Origin: Candidatus Aminicenantes bacterium
GTDB taxonomy: Bacteria; Acidobacteriota; Aminicenantia; Aminicenantales; JAFGBC01
Direction of reading: 5' to 3'
Length of the DNA: 64,000 bases
Assembly: GCA_963702005.1 (NCBI GenBank)
Contig: OY969696.1
Location: 2,400,001-2,464,000, forward strand
Positions 8,970 to 18,431 of this stretch are shown in pieces (position 1 is the first letter of the stretch; each line of letters opens with the position of its first letter). Below the pieces are notes generated by a model. It was not told the DNA's origin. It did not search any database and saw only the letters and a list, made by a program, of their open reading frames with translations. The position numbers were made by a program, and so were the translations under genes.

Positions 8970-9234
8970 TCCCGCTCTTTTATGCGCGCTGCAGAATGAG
9001 GAAACGGACATCGTCAAATGGCTCGTGGCGAAAGGGGCCGAATCTCGCCGGCCTTTCCCGTTCTGCGGGGCGATTATCTCGGTCAGAAGAAGCCGGGGAT
9101 GAAGCCGGAACTGTTCGCTCCCGGAGATGTCGCCCGATCGAAAATATATTTTCTTCGTCAGCAACCGAGACGGGAACGACGATATTTACTGGAGGGACAC
9201 AAAAATCATAGATGAGCTCAGACCGATCAGGTGA
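8970..9234 (+). pseudogene. Degraded remnant of an ankyrin + PD40/TolB-like repeat protein gene
   Basis: Three fragments separated by frameshifts: ankyrin-like ALQNEETDIVKWLVAKGA; FPVLRGDYLGQKKPGMKPELFAPG; and (9127-9234) SPDRKYIFFVSNRDGNDDIYWRDTKIIDELRP. Confidence 0.65.
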
Positions 9235-9712
9235 TCGCGACGCGGACGAGCGTCGGGTTTAGGACACGGGCCAGGTCCGTCGGGTCAAGTCCGACCAGGA
9301 AGCCGCGCTTGCCGCCGTTGACGTAGATCGTCGGCAACTCCAAGATCGTCGCCTCGATATAAACCGGCAGCGCTTTCCGGAGACCGAACGGTGAAGTCCC
9401 TCCAACCATGTACCCGGAGTGTCTCTGGGCCGTCTCCGGCGCGCAAGGCTGAACCGTTTTAACGCCCAGGGTGCGGGCGAGCTCCTTGGTCGAGACCTCC
9501 CGGTCGCCGTGCATCAAGATGACAAAAGGCCGTTTGCCGTCATCTTCCATGACGAGCGTTTTGATGACGACGTGCTCGTCCACGCCGAACTCCTCGGCAA
9601 AGATCGCCGTCCCGCCGTGCTCGACGTAGCGGTAAACATGCTCCGTAAAAAACACTCCGGCGTCCTTGAGGACGCGAACCGCCGCCGTCGTTGGGGTTCT
9701 ATTTTTGGTCAT
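9227..9712 (-). CDS. ybaK: Cys-tRNA(Pro) deacylase YbaK/EbsC
   Basis: IKTLV, SGYMVGGTSPFG, YVNGGKRG; 161 aa. Confidence 0.85.
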   Translation of the reverse strand: MTKNRTPTTAAVRVLKDAGVFFTEHVYRYVEHGGTAIFAEEFGVDEHVVIKTLVMEDDGKRPFVILMHGDREVSTKELARTLGVKTVQPCAPETAQRHSGYMVGGTSPFGLRKALPVYIEATILELPTIYVNGGKRGFLVGLDPTDLARVLNPTLVRVAIT

Positions 9713-9766
9713 GGCTTCGCTCCCTATAGGGAAGCCCTCTCAGAAGCTCAAGGAGCTGGGTCGACT

Positions 9767-11011
9767 TTATTCGTAGCGAAGGGAGACGATCGGGTCGAGC
9801 TTGGAGGCCTTCTGGGCCGGAAAGATCCCGAAGAACAGGCCGATCGAGATCGAGACGGCCAATCCCAGGATCACGGACCAGGGGGAGACGGCCGCCGGAA
9901 GCGGGGTGGCGGCTTTAACGACCTGGGCGATCAGGAAGCCGAGCAGGACTCCGATCAACCCCCCCGACCCGGTCAGGACGATGGCCTCGATCAGGAACTG
10001 GCGCAGGATGTCGCCGGCTCGGGCGCCGATGGCCTTTCGGATCCCGATCTCGCGGGTCCGCTCCTTGACCGAGACGAGCATGATGTTCATGACCCCGATC
10101 CCTCCGACCAGGAGGCCGATCGAGGAGATGACGATCATGACCAGGTAGGCGGCCCCGGTGATCTGGTTATAGAGGTCGAGGATCGTGTCCATGGTGAAGA
10201 CGGCGAAGTCGTTGGGCTTGTTGAAGGGGACCTTGCGCCGCTTACGGAGGAGGTTGGTTATTTCTTCGATCGTCTGGTCGATCGTCCCGTGGGTCCGGGG
10301 GATGGCCGCGATCTCGATGCTGTCTTTTTGGTAATCGAAATATTTGGTGAGCGCCGTGATCGGAATCGCCACGAAATTGTCGCGGCTTTGGCCGAATATC
10401 TGGCCCCGCTTGGCGAGGACGCCGATGACCGTGAATTTCTGGGGGCCGACCCGGATCTCCTTGCCGACCGGGCTGGTGTGAGGGAAGAGGGTCTCGGCCG
10501 TCTCGAAACCGAGCAGGCAGGACAGGGTCGCGTGGGCGACTTCGGATTCGGTCAGGAAGCGGCCTTCCTTGGGGAGGTAGAGGGCGTAGACGATGGGGAA
10601 CCTGTCGTTGATGCCCAGGATGATCGTGTTGTCGCTCTTGATATTCTCGTAGCGGACGGGGTTTTCGGCGAAGACGTTGGCCACGACGTTGACGGCGACG
10701 GCCTTGACCAGGGGGCATTCCCGCTCGATGGCCTGAACGTCCTCGTAGGTGATATCCTTTCGGGTCCGCTGCTCCTCGGTCTGGCGGCCCATCTGGAGGC
10801 CCTCATACTTGCGGATCAGGATCAGGTCGGAGCCGGCCGACTCGAGCTCGCGCAGGAAGGATTTGTTGAGGCCCTGGATGACCGAGACCATGCCGATGAC
10901 GGTCATGACCCCGATCATGATCCCGAGCAGGGTCAGGAAGGAGCGGAGCTTGTTGACCTTGAGGGAGTCCAAGGCCATGGCAAAGACCTCTTTGATGATC
11001 CCGAGTCTCAT
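9767..11011 (-). CDS. MacB/FtsX-type ABC transporter permease
   Basis: NKLRSFLTLLGIMIGV, GGIGVMNIMLVSVKERTREIGIRKAIGA, ASKLDPIVSLRYE. Confidence 0.9.
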   Translation of the reverse strand: MRLGIIKEVFAMALDSLKVNKLRSFLTLLGIMIGVMTVIGMVSVIQGLNKSFLRELESAGSDLILIRKYEGLQMGRQTEEQRTRKDITYEDVQAIERECPLVKAVAVNVVANVFAENPVRYENIKSDNTIILGINDRFPIVYALYLPKEGRFLTESEVAHATLSCLLGFETAETLFPHTSPVGKEIRVGPQKFTVIGVLAKRGQIFGQSRDNFVAIPITALTKYFDYQKDSIEIAAIPRTHGTIDQTIEEITNLLRKRRKVPFNKPNDFAVFTMDTILDLYNQITGAAYLVMIVISSIGLLVGGIGVMNIMLVSVKERTREIGIRKAIGARAGDILRQFLIEAIVLTGSGGLIGVLLGFLIAQVVKAATPLPAAVSPWSVILGLAVSISIGLFFGIFPAQKASKLDPIVSLRYE

Positions 11012-12243
11012 TGTTCGGACCTCAGCGCGTCGATGGGGTTGAGTTTGGCGGCCTTGTTGGCCGGGTAGAGCCCGAAGAACAGCCCGATCGAGGTCGACAT
11101 CAGAATGGCGATCAGGATCGAGGCGGGCTCGGCCCGGGACGGCATCGAGGTCGCGGCCGTCACGATCTTGGAGATCCCGATCCCGAGCAGGATGCCGATG
11201 ATTCCGCCCAGGGCGGCGATGAAGGACGACTCGATCAGGAACTGGCGGAGGATGTCCTTGCGGCGGGCGCCGACGGCCATCCGAATCCCGATCTCCTTGG
11301 TCCGCTCGGTCACGGCGACCAGCATGATGTTCATGATGACGATCCCGCCCACGATCAGGGCGATCGAGGAGATGGCGATCATGGCGAAATAGATTCCCGA
11401 GGTCGCCGTCTTGTAGAACTGGATGAAGGTCTCGGAGGTCTGGAAGGAGAAATCATCCGGGTCGTTGAAGCGGCGCTTCCGCCAGGAGCGGAGGATGGTC
11501 CGGACCTCCTCCTGGGCCTGGGCCATCTCTGCCTGGGACCGGGTATGGATGTTGATGTTCAGGCTCCGGCCGCTCCCGTAAATCTTCTCGAAGGTCGTGA
11601 TCGGGATTCGGACGTAGTTGTCCTGGCTGAACCCCAGGACCTTACCTTTCTTCTTACCCAGACCGACGACCAGAAGGTTCTGGTTCCCGACCTTGAGCCA
11701 GCGGCCGATCGGGTCGAGGCCGCCGAAGACCTTTTCCCGGACGTCGGCGCCGATGACGCACACCCCCCGGGAATGGGCCTCGTCCTCCTTCTGGATATGG
11801 CGGCCGGCTTCGAGCTCGATGACCGTTCCGATCAGGTGGTCGAGATGGGTGATCCCCCGGATCTCGGTGTCCTTGAGCGTCTCGTTCCCGTACTTGACGT
11901 TCTTCTGCGTCGAGACGCTGGCCCCGACCATCTCGCAGGATTGGCAGCGGTCGCGGATGACGTCCATTTCGGCGAGGGTCAGGTCTTTGCGTTTGAGCTG
12001 TTTCTTGAATTCCTCCAGCGAGGTCCCGATCATCGAGAACTTGGAGACCGAGAAGTCGTTGGCGCCGAAAAAGGACATCTTGGTGTAGACATAGTTGTTC
12101 AGCCCTTGGATGACCGAGACGACGGCGATGATGGTCAGGACGCCGATGATGATGCCGAGCAGGGTCAGGAAGCTCCGAAGCTTGCTGCCCCACAGGGAGC
12201 CGAGGGACATGGAGATGGATTCGTTGATGTTGATGCGGCCCAT
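11008..12243 (-). CDS. MacB/FtsX-type ABC transporter permease
   Basis: KLRSFLTLLGIIIGV, GGIVIMNIMLVAVTERTKEIGIR, AAKLNPIDALR. Confidence 0.9.
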   Translation of the reverse strand: MGRININESISMSLGSLWGSKLRSFLTLLGIIIGVLTIIAVVSVIQGLNNYVYTKMSFFGANDFSVSKFSMIGTSLEEFKKQLKRKDLTLAEMDVIRDRCQSCEMVGASVSTQKNVKYGNETLKDTEIRGITHLDHLIGTVIELEAGRHIQKEDEAHSRGVCVIGADVREKVFGGLDPIGRWLKVGNQNLLVVGLGKKKGKVLGFSQDNYVRIPITTFEKIYGSGRSLNINIHTRSQAEMAQAQEEVRTILRSWRKRRFNDPDDFSFQTSETFIQFYKTATSGIYFAMIAISSIALIVGGIVIMNIMLVAVTERTKEIGIRMAVGARRKDILRQFLIESSFIAALGGIIGILLGIGISKIVTAATSMPSRAEPASILIAILMSTSIGLFFGLYPANKAAKLNPIDALRSEQ

Positions 12244-12381
12244 GGTCGAGTTTCCTATTTTACTTTATTTCATACGGACCCGGCCTTAAAAGGTTTGCCC
12301 GGTCCTCCCGAGCTTGACTTGGCTCCGCGAAGTCGCCACAATGGACCCGAAGAGCGGATGATCCGTTTCCGAGGAGGAGGA

Positions 12382-12945
12382 ATGAGAAAGACGATCGGGG
12401 CTCTGCTCCTGACGGGCGTCCTGCTGGCGGCCCCGGCCGCGGCTTCGGCCCAAGCCGGCATCTACTTTGGCCTCCAGGGCGGGCTGTCCCTCCAGAAGCC
12501 GAGCCTGGAGGGCGTCGATTTCGGCACGGATACGACTTTCGTTTACGGGCTCAAGGCGGGGGTCAAGCTCTTGATGTTCGTCGTCGAGTTCCAGTATTTC
12601 CAAGCCGCCCACAACATCAGCCTCACGGATCCGACGGCCCTGGATTGGGACGGCCGGGCCGTCGAATACACCCATCTCGGCCTCAATGTCAAATATCTCT
12701 TTTCCCTGATCGTGGTCAATCCCTATCTGAGCGTCGGATACGGGTACTATGGGGCCGATATCGAGACTATCGACAAAGATAGGGTCGGAGGGTTCAACTT
12801 AGGCGCCGGTGTCGAGATCATGCTCGGAAAGAAGTTCGCGGTCGTGGCCGAAGGCCGCTACCACCACGTCAAGTTCGATATCACGAACTTGGGCCTGAAT
12901 GTCGGGGATTTCACCCTGACAGCCGGCATGAATTTCTATTTCTAG
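12382..12945 (+). CDS. Small outer-membrane beta-barrel protein (OmpA/OmpW-like)
   Basis: GGAGGAGG SD, signal peptide MRKTIG..ASA-Q, alternating beta-strands, PYLSVGYG, C-terminal aromatic FYF. Confidence 0.8.
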   Translation: MRKTIGALLLTGVLLAAPAAASAQAGIYFGLQGGLSLQKPSLEGVDFGTDTTFVYGLKAGVKLLMFVVEFQYFQAAHNISLTDPTALDWDGRAVEYTHLGLNVKYLFSLIVVNPYLSVGYGYYGADIETIDKDRVGGFNLGAGVEIMLGKKFAVVAEGRYHHVKFDITNLGLNVGDFTLTAGMNFYF

Positions 12946-12977
12946 CCCCGATTGCCGGGCCCGTCTGCTCTGAACCT

Positions 12978-13703
12978 ATGACGATACGGCTCAATAAGTT
13001 TCTTTCCCAGGCCGGCGTCGCCTCCCGCCGGGAAGCCGACCGGATGATCCTCAACGGCGAGGTCCGGGTCGACGGCCGAGTCGTCCAGGAGCTGGGGTCC
13101 AAGGTCGATGAGGACCGGACCCGGGTCGAGGTCAAAGGTCGGCCGGTCGTCCGTGAAGACCGCCTCGTTTACCTCGCCTTCTACAAGCCCAAAGGCGTCC
13201 TGGTCACTTTCAAGGATCCCTTGGGCCGGCCGACCATCAAGAGCCTGCTGCCCCGGCTCCGCCAGCGCGTCTTCCCGGTTGGACGTCTCGATTTCGACAG
13301 CGAAGGGCTCCTCCTGCTGACCAACGACGGCGATCTCGCCCTCCGGCTCGCCCATCCCCGCTACGAAGTCAAGAAAAAATACGTCGCCGATATTGACGGT
13401 CTCCCCGGCCCGGACGCCCTCTACCGCCTGGAAACGGGGATCATGCTCGACGGAAAGAGGACCGCGCCGGCCAAGGCCAAGCTTATGGCCGGAACCGCCA
13501 GGCGGAGCCGGCTTCTCATCGAGGTCCACGAAGGCCGCAAGCATGAAGTCCGGGGGATGTGCGAGGCCATCGGCCACCGCGTTCGCGGTTTGAAGCGGAT
13601 CGGCTTCGCGGGCCTCATGTTGGGAAGCCTCAAGCCCGGGCAGTGGCGATTTCTGGACGCCAAGGAAGTCGGAAAGCTCAAAGCGACGACCGGGACGGGC
13701 TGA
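12978..13703 (+). CDS. rRNA pseudouridine synthase (RsuA/RluB family)
   Basis: RLNKFLSQAGVASRR (S4), YKPKG, VGRLDFDSEGLLLLTNDG, EGRKHEVR. Confidence 0.9.
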   Translation: MTIRLNKFLSQAGVASRREADRMILNGEVRVDGRVVQELGSKVDEDRTRVEVKGRPVVREDRLVYLAFYKPKGVLVTFKDPLGRPTIKSLLPRLRQRVFPVGRLDFDSEGLLLLTNDGDLALRLAHPRYEVKKKYVADIDGLPGPDALYRLETGIMLDGKRTAPAKAKLMAGTARRSRLLIEVHEGRKHEVRGMCEAIGHRVRGLKRIGFAGLMLGSLKPGQWRFLDAKEVGKLKATTGTG

Positions 13704-13709
13704 GCGGGC

Positions 13710-16145
13710 TCAGGAATCCTTCTCGGGGCCGGGCGGAAACGGCTTCAGGCTCTGGGCCAGGCGCTGGAGCTCCTTTTCGACGAGGCCGTGGACGGTTCCC
13801 TCCCCGAAGCTCCCGTCCTCCCCCCTGGCTCCGGCCGCGACGCCGGTCAGGATCTCGATGCCCTCGTCGACCGTCTTGACCGGATAGATGTGGAATTTCC
13901 CGCCGGCGACGGCCTCGACGACGTCGCTCCGGAGCTGGAGGTTGAGGATGTTCTGGTGGGGGATGATGACGCCCTGGCTCCCGGTCAATCCCTTGGCCCG
14001 GCAGACGTCGAAGAAGCCCTCGATCTTTTCGTTGACGCCGCCGATGGGCTGGATCTCGCCCTTCTGGTTCAAGGAGCCGGTGACGGCCGTGTCCTGCCGG
14101 ATGGGGAGTCCGGACAGGCTGGAAAGGACGGCGTAGACTTCGGTCGAGGAGGCGCTGTCGCCGTCGACGCCCCCGTAGGACTGCTCGAAGGCGAGGCTGG
14201 CCGTGAGCGAAAAGGGCTGTTTCTGGGCGTATTGGCCGCGCAGGTAGCCGCCCAGGATGAGCACGCCTTTGTTGTGGGTCGGACCGCTGAGGTCCGCCTC
14301 CCGCTCGATGTTGACGACGCCGGCCCGGCCCACGGCCGTCCGGGCCGTGATCCGGGTCGGCTTGCCGAAGGCGAACTGGCCCATATCGTAGACGGAGAGC
14401 CCGTTGACCTGGCCGACGACCGAACCCTCGGTGTCGATGAGGATGGTCCCTTCCTCGATCATCTCCTGGATTTTATCCTCGATCAGGCTGACCCGCTCGA
14501 ACCGTTCGGAGATGGCCTGCTCGACGTCGAGCCGGCCGACGATGTCGTGGCCGGCCCGGCGGGCCCAGTAGGCGGCCTCCCGGATGACGTCGGAGATGAC
14601 GTGAAAACGGGTCGAGACCTTTCCCTGGCGGCCGGCGATCCGCGTCCCGTACTCGATGACGGCCGCGATCCCCTCCCGGCTGAAAGGCCGGAGCCCGTCC
14701 ATGTCGACGATCTTCTTGATGAACCGGACGTAGTCCGAGATGGATTTGGCGTCTTTGGGTATCTCCGAGTCGAACTCGGCCTTGATCTTGAAGATCTTCT
14801 TGAAGTCGTCGTCGAGGGCGTAGAGGAGGTTATAGATGGAGCTGTCGCCGATCATGACGACCTTGACGTCGACCTTGACGGGCTCGGGCTTGAGGCGGGC
14901 CGATGAAAAGAGATACAGGGAAGCGAAGTTCTGGATCTCGAAAATCTGGTTGCGCATGGTCCGCTTGAGGGTCGCCCAGACGCCGGGCTCGACAAGAGCG
15001 TCGAGGGCGTTGAGGACGAGGTAGCCGCCGTTGGCCTTGAGGAAGGACCCGGCCTTGATCCGGGTGAAGTCGGTTTGGAGAAGGCCCATCCGGGTCGTGA
15101 CGAATTCGATCGAGCCGAACAGGTTCGGATAGTTCGGGTTCGTCTCCATGATGACCGGGGCCGCCTTGAGCTCGGCGTTGTCGACGAGGAGGTTGACCCC
15201 GTACTCGAGGAAGCGCTCGGCGGCCGGCTCCCGTTCGGGCTCGTCCTTGTCCTTTTTCTGATTTTTGAACAGGTCGATGGCCCGGACCAGGTTGCCCTCG
15301 ACGTCCGAGAGATAATCCCCGACCTTGGGGAAGGCGAACCGCGAGCGCAGCTCGCCTACGGCGCCCTTGATGATGGGCGTGATCGATTCTTCGTCCCAGG
15401 ACCGGAGCAGACGGCGAGTCTCCTCGTCCATCTCGCGGAGATCCTCGAAGACGTGCTCCATTTCCCCCGACAAGTCTTCGTATTTCTTGTGGAGTTCATC
15501 CAGGTCCTTCTGGGCGAACTTTTTCTCCTTGACCAGGGCCTCAAGCTTGGGGAAGGGGACGGGCTCGTCGCCCAGGACGGGGACGAGCTCGGGCCGGCTG
15601 AAGAAGCCCATCTGGACCTGGATGAGCGTGAAGCCCTGCTGGGCGGCTTTGTCCTCGAAGGCCTTGAGGAGGTCCTTCTGTTTCCGCTGCTGGGTTTCGA
15701 TGATCCGGTCCCGGCCTTCCGTATAATACTGGCTCTTGAGGAGTTGGGGGATATGCCTCCCGAGCATGGCGATGAGGTTGCCCATCCCCTGGCGGAACAG
15801 ACGCCCCTGACCGGCCGGCAGCATGATCAGGGTCGGCTCGTCGGGAGTTTTAAAGTTGTTGACGTAGAGGATGTCGTCCGGGATGACGGACGTTTTTTCC
15901 AGCTGCTCGAGGAGCGACTTGATCGTCGTCGTCCGGCCCGTACCGATCATGCCGGTGATGAAGATATTGTAACCCCGGCTCTTGATGTCCAAGCCGGTCT
16001 GGATGGCCTTGAGGGCCCGTTCCTGGCCGATGATCTCGTCGCAGGCCTTGACCTCTTCGCTCGTGGCGAAGGGGACGGCGTCCGGAGGGCAGGACCACCT
16101 GATCTGGTCGGGGCCGAGCTCTGGAAACCCAGTCTTGGCTGTCAT
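13710..16145 (-). CDS. Lon-like (LonC/S16) protease
   Basis: IIGQERA, KANGGYL, GQVNGL, FEQSYGGVDGDSAS (catalytic Ser), GGVNEKIEGF (catalytic Lys). Confidence 0.88.
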   Translation of the reverse strand: MTAKTGFPELGPDQIRWSCPPDAVPFATSEEVKACDEIIGQERALKAIQTGLDIKSRGYNIFITGMIGTGRTTTIKSLLEQLEKTSVIPDDILYVNNFKTPDEPTLIMLPAGQGRLFRQGMGNLIAMLGRHIPQLLKSQYYTEGRDRIIETQQRKQKDLLKAFEDKAAQQGFTLIQVQMGFFSRPELVPVLGDEPVPFPKLEALVKEKKFAQKDLDELHKKYEDLSGEMEHVFEDLREMDEETRRLLRSWDEESITPIIKGAVGELRSRFAFPKVGDYLSDVEGNLVRAIDLFKNQKKDKDEPEREPAAERFLEYGVNLLVDNAELKAAPVIMETNPNYPNLFGSIEFVTTRMGLLQTDFTRIKAGSFLKANGGYLVLNALDALVEPGVWATLKRTMRNQIFEIQNFASLYLFSSARLKPEPVKVDVKVVMIGDSSIYNLLYALDDDFKKIFKIKAEFDSEIPKDAKSISDYVRFIKKIVDMDGLRPFSREGIAAVIEYGTRIAGRQGKVSTRFHVISDVIREAAYWARRAGHDIVGRLDVEQAISERFERVSLIEDKIQEMIEEGTILIDTEGSVVGQVNGLSVYDMGQFAFGKPTRITARTAVGRAGVVNIEREADLSGPTHNKGVLILGGYLRGQYAQKQPFSLTASLAFEQSYGGVDGDSASSTEVYAVLSSLSGLPIRQDTAVTGSLNQKGEIQPIGGVNEKIEGFFDVCRAKGLTGSQGVIIPHQNILNLQLRSDVVEAVAGGKFHIYPVKTVDEGIEILTGVAAGARGEDGSFGEGTVHGLVEKELQRLAQSLKPFPPGPEKDS

Positions 16146-16289
16146 GGACGGCTCCTTCGTTTGAGATGTCGCGGAACGCATTTTATTTTACCATAAAAGC
16201 CTTCGGCGCCGTCGGCCCCGGCCTCGAAAATTTCGTGCAAATGGGGCCCCGTTCTGATAAAATGACCCTGATTTTGGAGGGTATAAGGC

Positions 16290-17411
16290 ATGGCTAGGCT
16301 CGAGGTCGAGAAGGTTGTCGCCGGGAAAGACCTCAAGGCGTTCATCCGTTTCCCTTGGGAGATCTACCGGGGCGACCCCAACTGGGTTCCGCCGCTCATC
16401 GCGGACATGAAGGAGAGGCTCGACCCGGCCCGGAATCCCTTCCTCGAGCATGCCGAGATGGATATCTTCCTGGCCCGGCGCGACGGCCGCGTCGTGGGCC
16501 GGATCGCGGCCATTCTCGACAGGAACCACAACTCGTTCCACGACGAGAAAATCGCTTTCTTCGGCCTTTACGAAAGCCTCAACGATCCGGAGGTCGCGGC
16601 CGCCCTCCTCGATACGGTCGGCGCCTGGGGGAAGGAGCGGGGGATGACGATCCTGCGCGGTCCGATGAACCTGTCCATGAACGACGAATGCGCCTTTCTC
16701 CTCGAGGGGTTCGATTCGCCGCCCGTCATCATGATGACCTACAATCCCCCCTACTACCTCGAGCTCATGGCCGGCGTCGGCCTGGTCAAGGCCAAGGACC
16801 TCTACGCCTTCGTCATGAGCCGCGACCACGAGACGGCAGGGAAGGTCGCGGCCGTCGTCGAAAGAGCCAAGAAGGAGTTTCCGGTCACGCTGCGGACGGT
16901 CGACCTCAAGAACGTCCGGGCCGAGGCCGATAAGATCGCTTTCATCTATAACAACGGCTGGCAGAAGAACTGGGGCTTCGTTCCCTGGACCGAGAACGAG
17001 ATGAAGCACATGGTCGGCAAGCTCAAGAGCCTGGCAGACCCCGAGCTCGTCATTTTCGCCGAGATCGAGGGGAAGCCGGTCGGGTTCGCCTTCGCCCTGC
17101 CCAACTACAACGAAGTCCTCCGCAAGATGAACGGCCGTCTGTTTCCGGTCGGCTGGCTCGTCTTTCTCCTCAACCGAAAAAAAATCAAGGGTATGCGGGC
17201 CGTCGTCTTCGGCATCGTCAAGGAGCACCACCGTTCCGGGCTCAGCTACCTTCTTTATTCCGAGCTCGAGCGGAACGCCGTGCGGAGGGGCTACGCCTGG
17301 GGGGAGCTGTCCTGGCAGCTCGAGGACAACGACGCCATCAATCGTTTCGCGGCCTCGATCGGCGCGAAAATCTATAAACGTTACAGGATCTTGCAAAGAC
17401 TCATCCCCTGA
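16290..17411 (+). CDS. YghO-like GNAT N-acyltransferase (bacterial ceramide synthase-like)
   Basis: FIRFPWEIY..DPNWVPPL, GRIAA, RGPMN, MMTYNPPYY, KAKDL, NWGFVP, ELSWQLEDN. Confidence 0.7.
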   Translation: MARLEVEKVVAGKDLKAFIRFPWEIYRGDPNWVPPLIADMKERLDPARNPFLEHAEMDIFLARRDGRVVGRIAAILDRNHNSFHDEKIAFFGLYESLNDPEVAAALLDTVGAWGKERGMTILRGPMNLSMNDECAFLLEGFDSPPVIMMTYNPPYYLELMAGVGLVKAKDLYAFVMSRDHETAGKVAAVVERAKKEFPVTLRTVDLKNVRAEADKIAFIYNNGWQKNWGFVPWTENEMKHMVGKLKSLADPELVIFAEIEGKPVGFAFALPNYNEVLRKMNGRLFPVGWLVFLLNRKKIKGMRAVVFGIVKEHHRSGLSYLLYSELERNAVRRGYAWGELSWQLEDNDAINRFAASIGAKIYKRYRILQRLIP

Positions 17412-17423
17412 GGAGGGACGCGC

Positions 17424-17894
17424 ATGGAAATGCATGAAGGTAAACTCCAGGTCAAAGGGTATAAGGTCGGGATCGTCCTGAGCCGTTTCAACCAGTTCCT
17501 GTCGGAGCGGCTCCTCGAGGGAGCCCTCGACGCGCTCCGCAAGCTGGGGGCGGACGATAAGGACATCAGCATCTACAAGGTTCCCGGTTCCTTCGAGGTT
17601 CCCCTCCTGGCCAAGAAACTTGCCAAGGCCAAGAAGGCCGACGGGATCGTCTGTCTGGGTGTCCTGATCAGAGGCGATACGCCCCATTTCGACTTCCTGA
17701 GCGCCGAGGTGACCAAGGGCTTGGCCCAGGTCGCTCTGGACGAAGGCGTCCCCGTCGCCTTCGGCATGCTGACCGTCGACACGATCGAGCAGGGGATCGA
17801 GCGGGCCGGCACCAAATCCGGGAACAAAGGCTGGGACGCCGTCCTGGCTTTGGCCGAGACGCTCAACCTCCTCCAGGAGGCCGGCCTCCGCTGA
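17424..17894 (+). CDS. ribH: 6,7-dimethyl-8-ribityllumazine synthase
   Basis: SRFN, VPGSFEVP, LGVLIRGDTPHF, ERAGTKSGNKG. Confidence 0.95.
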   Translation: MEMHEGKLQVKGYKVGIVLSRFNQFLSERLLEGALDALRKLGADDKDISIYKVPGSFEVPLLAKKLAKAKKADGIVCLGVLIRGDTPHFDFLSAEVTKGLAQVALDEGVPVAFGMLTVDTIEQGIERAGTKSGNKGWDAVLALAETLNLLQEAGLR

Positions 17895-17918
17895 GCGACC
17901 GGAGGGGAGCCCACAGCC

Positions 17919-18431
17919 ATGGGGAAGAGGCGGGAGGCCCGGGAGTGCGCCCTCCAGGTCCTGTTCCAGCTCGAGTTCGACATCTCCGACGTCGAACGGA
18001 GCCTCCGCGAATACTGGACGGGCAAGAAGCCCAAGGACGACGTCCGCAAGTACGCGAGCTGGCTCGTCCACGGCATCCTGGCCCGGAAAACGGACGTCGA
18101 CGGCCTCATCAGGGACACGTCCCAACACTGGCGCATGGAGCGGATGGGCCTGGTCGACCGGAACATCCTCCGCATGGCCGTCTACGAGCTCCTCGAGGAG
18201 AAGGTCCTGGCCCCGCCGATCATCATCAACGAGGCCATCGAGATCGCTAAAAAGTACAGCGACGAAAAGTCGGCGACATTCATTAACGGACTCCTGGACG
18301 CGATCCGTAAGAAGCTCGAGACCCGTCCGCCCCGGACCGGCAAAGACAAAGAAGGCCAACATGGACCCAAAAAAAGAACCCGAGGAGCAAGTCGGCGATC
18401 AGGAGCAGGCTCGGCGGGACAATCTCGCTGA
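17919..18431 (+). CDS. nusB: Transcription antitermination factor NusB
   Basis: RREARECALQVLF, VDRNILR, INEAIEIAKKYS, FINGLLD. Confidence 0.93.
   Translation: MGKRREARECALQVLFQLEFDISDVERSLREYWTGKKPKDDVRKYASWLVHGILARKTDVDGLIRDTSQHWRMERMGLVDRNILRMAVYELLEEKVLAPPIIINEAIEIAKKYSDEKSATFINGLLDAIRKKLETRPPRTGKDKEGQHGPKKRTRGASRRSGAGSAGQSR

Noticed and set aside
9767-12243. Tandem MacB-type permeases without an ATPase as a novel system
   Set aside because: Paired permeases with a distant ATPase are common; nothing distinctive seen.
13710-16145. Degenerate Walker A (GMIGTGRT) in the Lon-like protease
   Set aside because: Degenerate ATPase motifs are a known property of LonC-type proteins.
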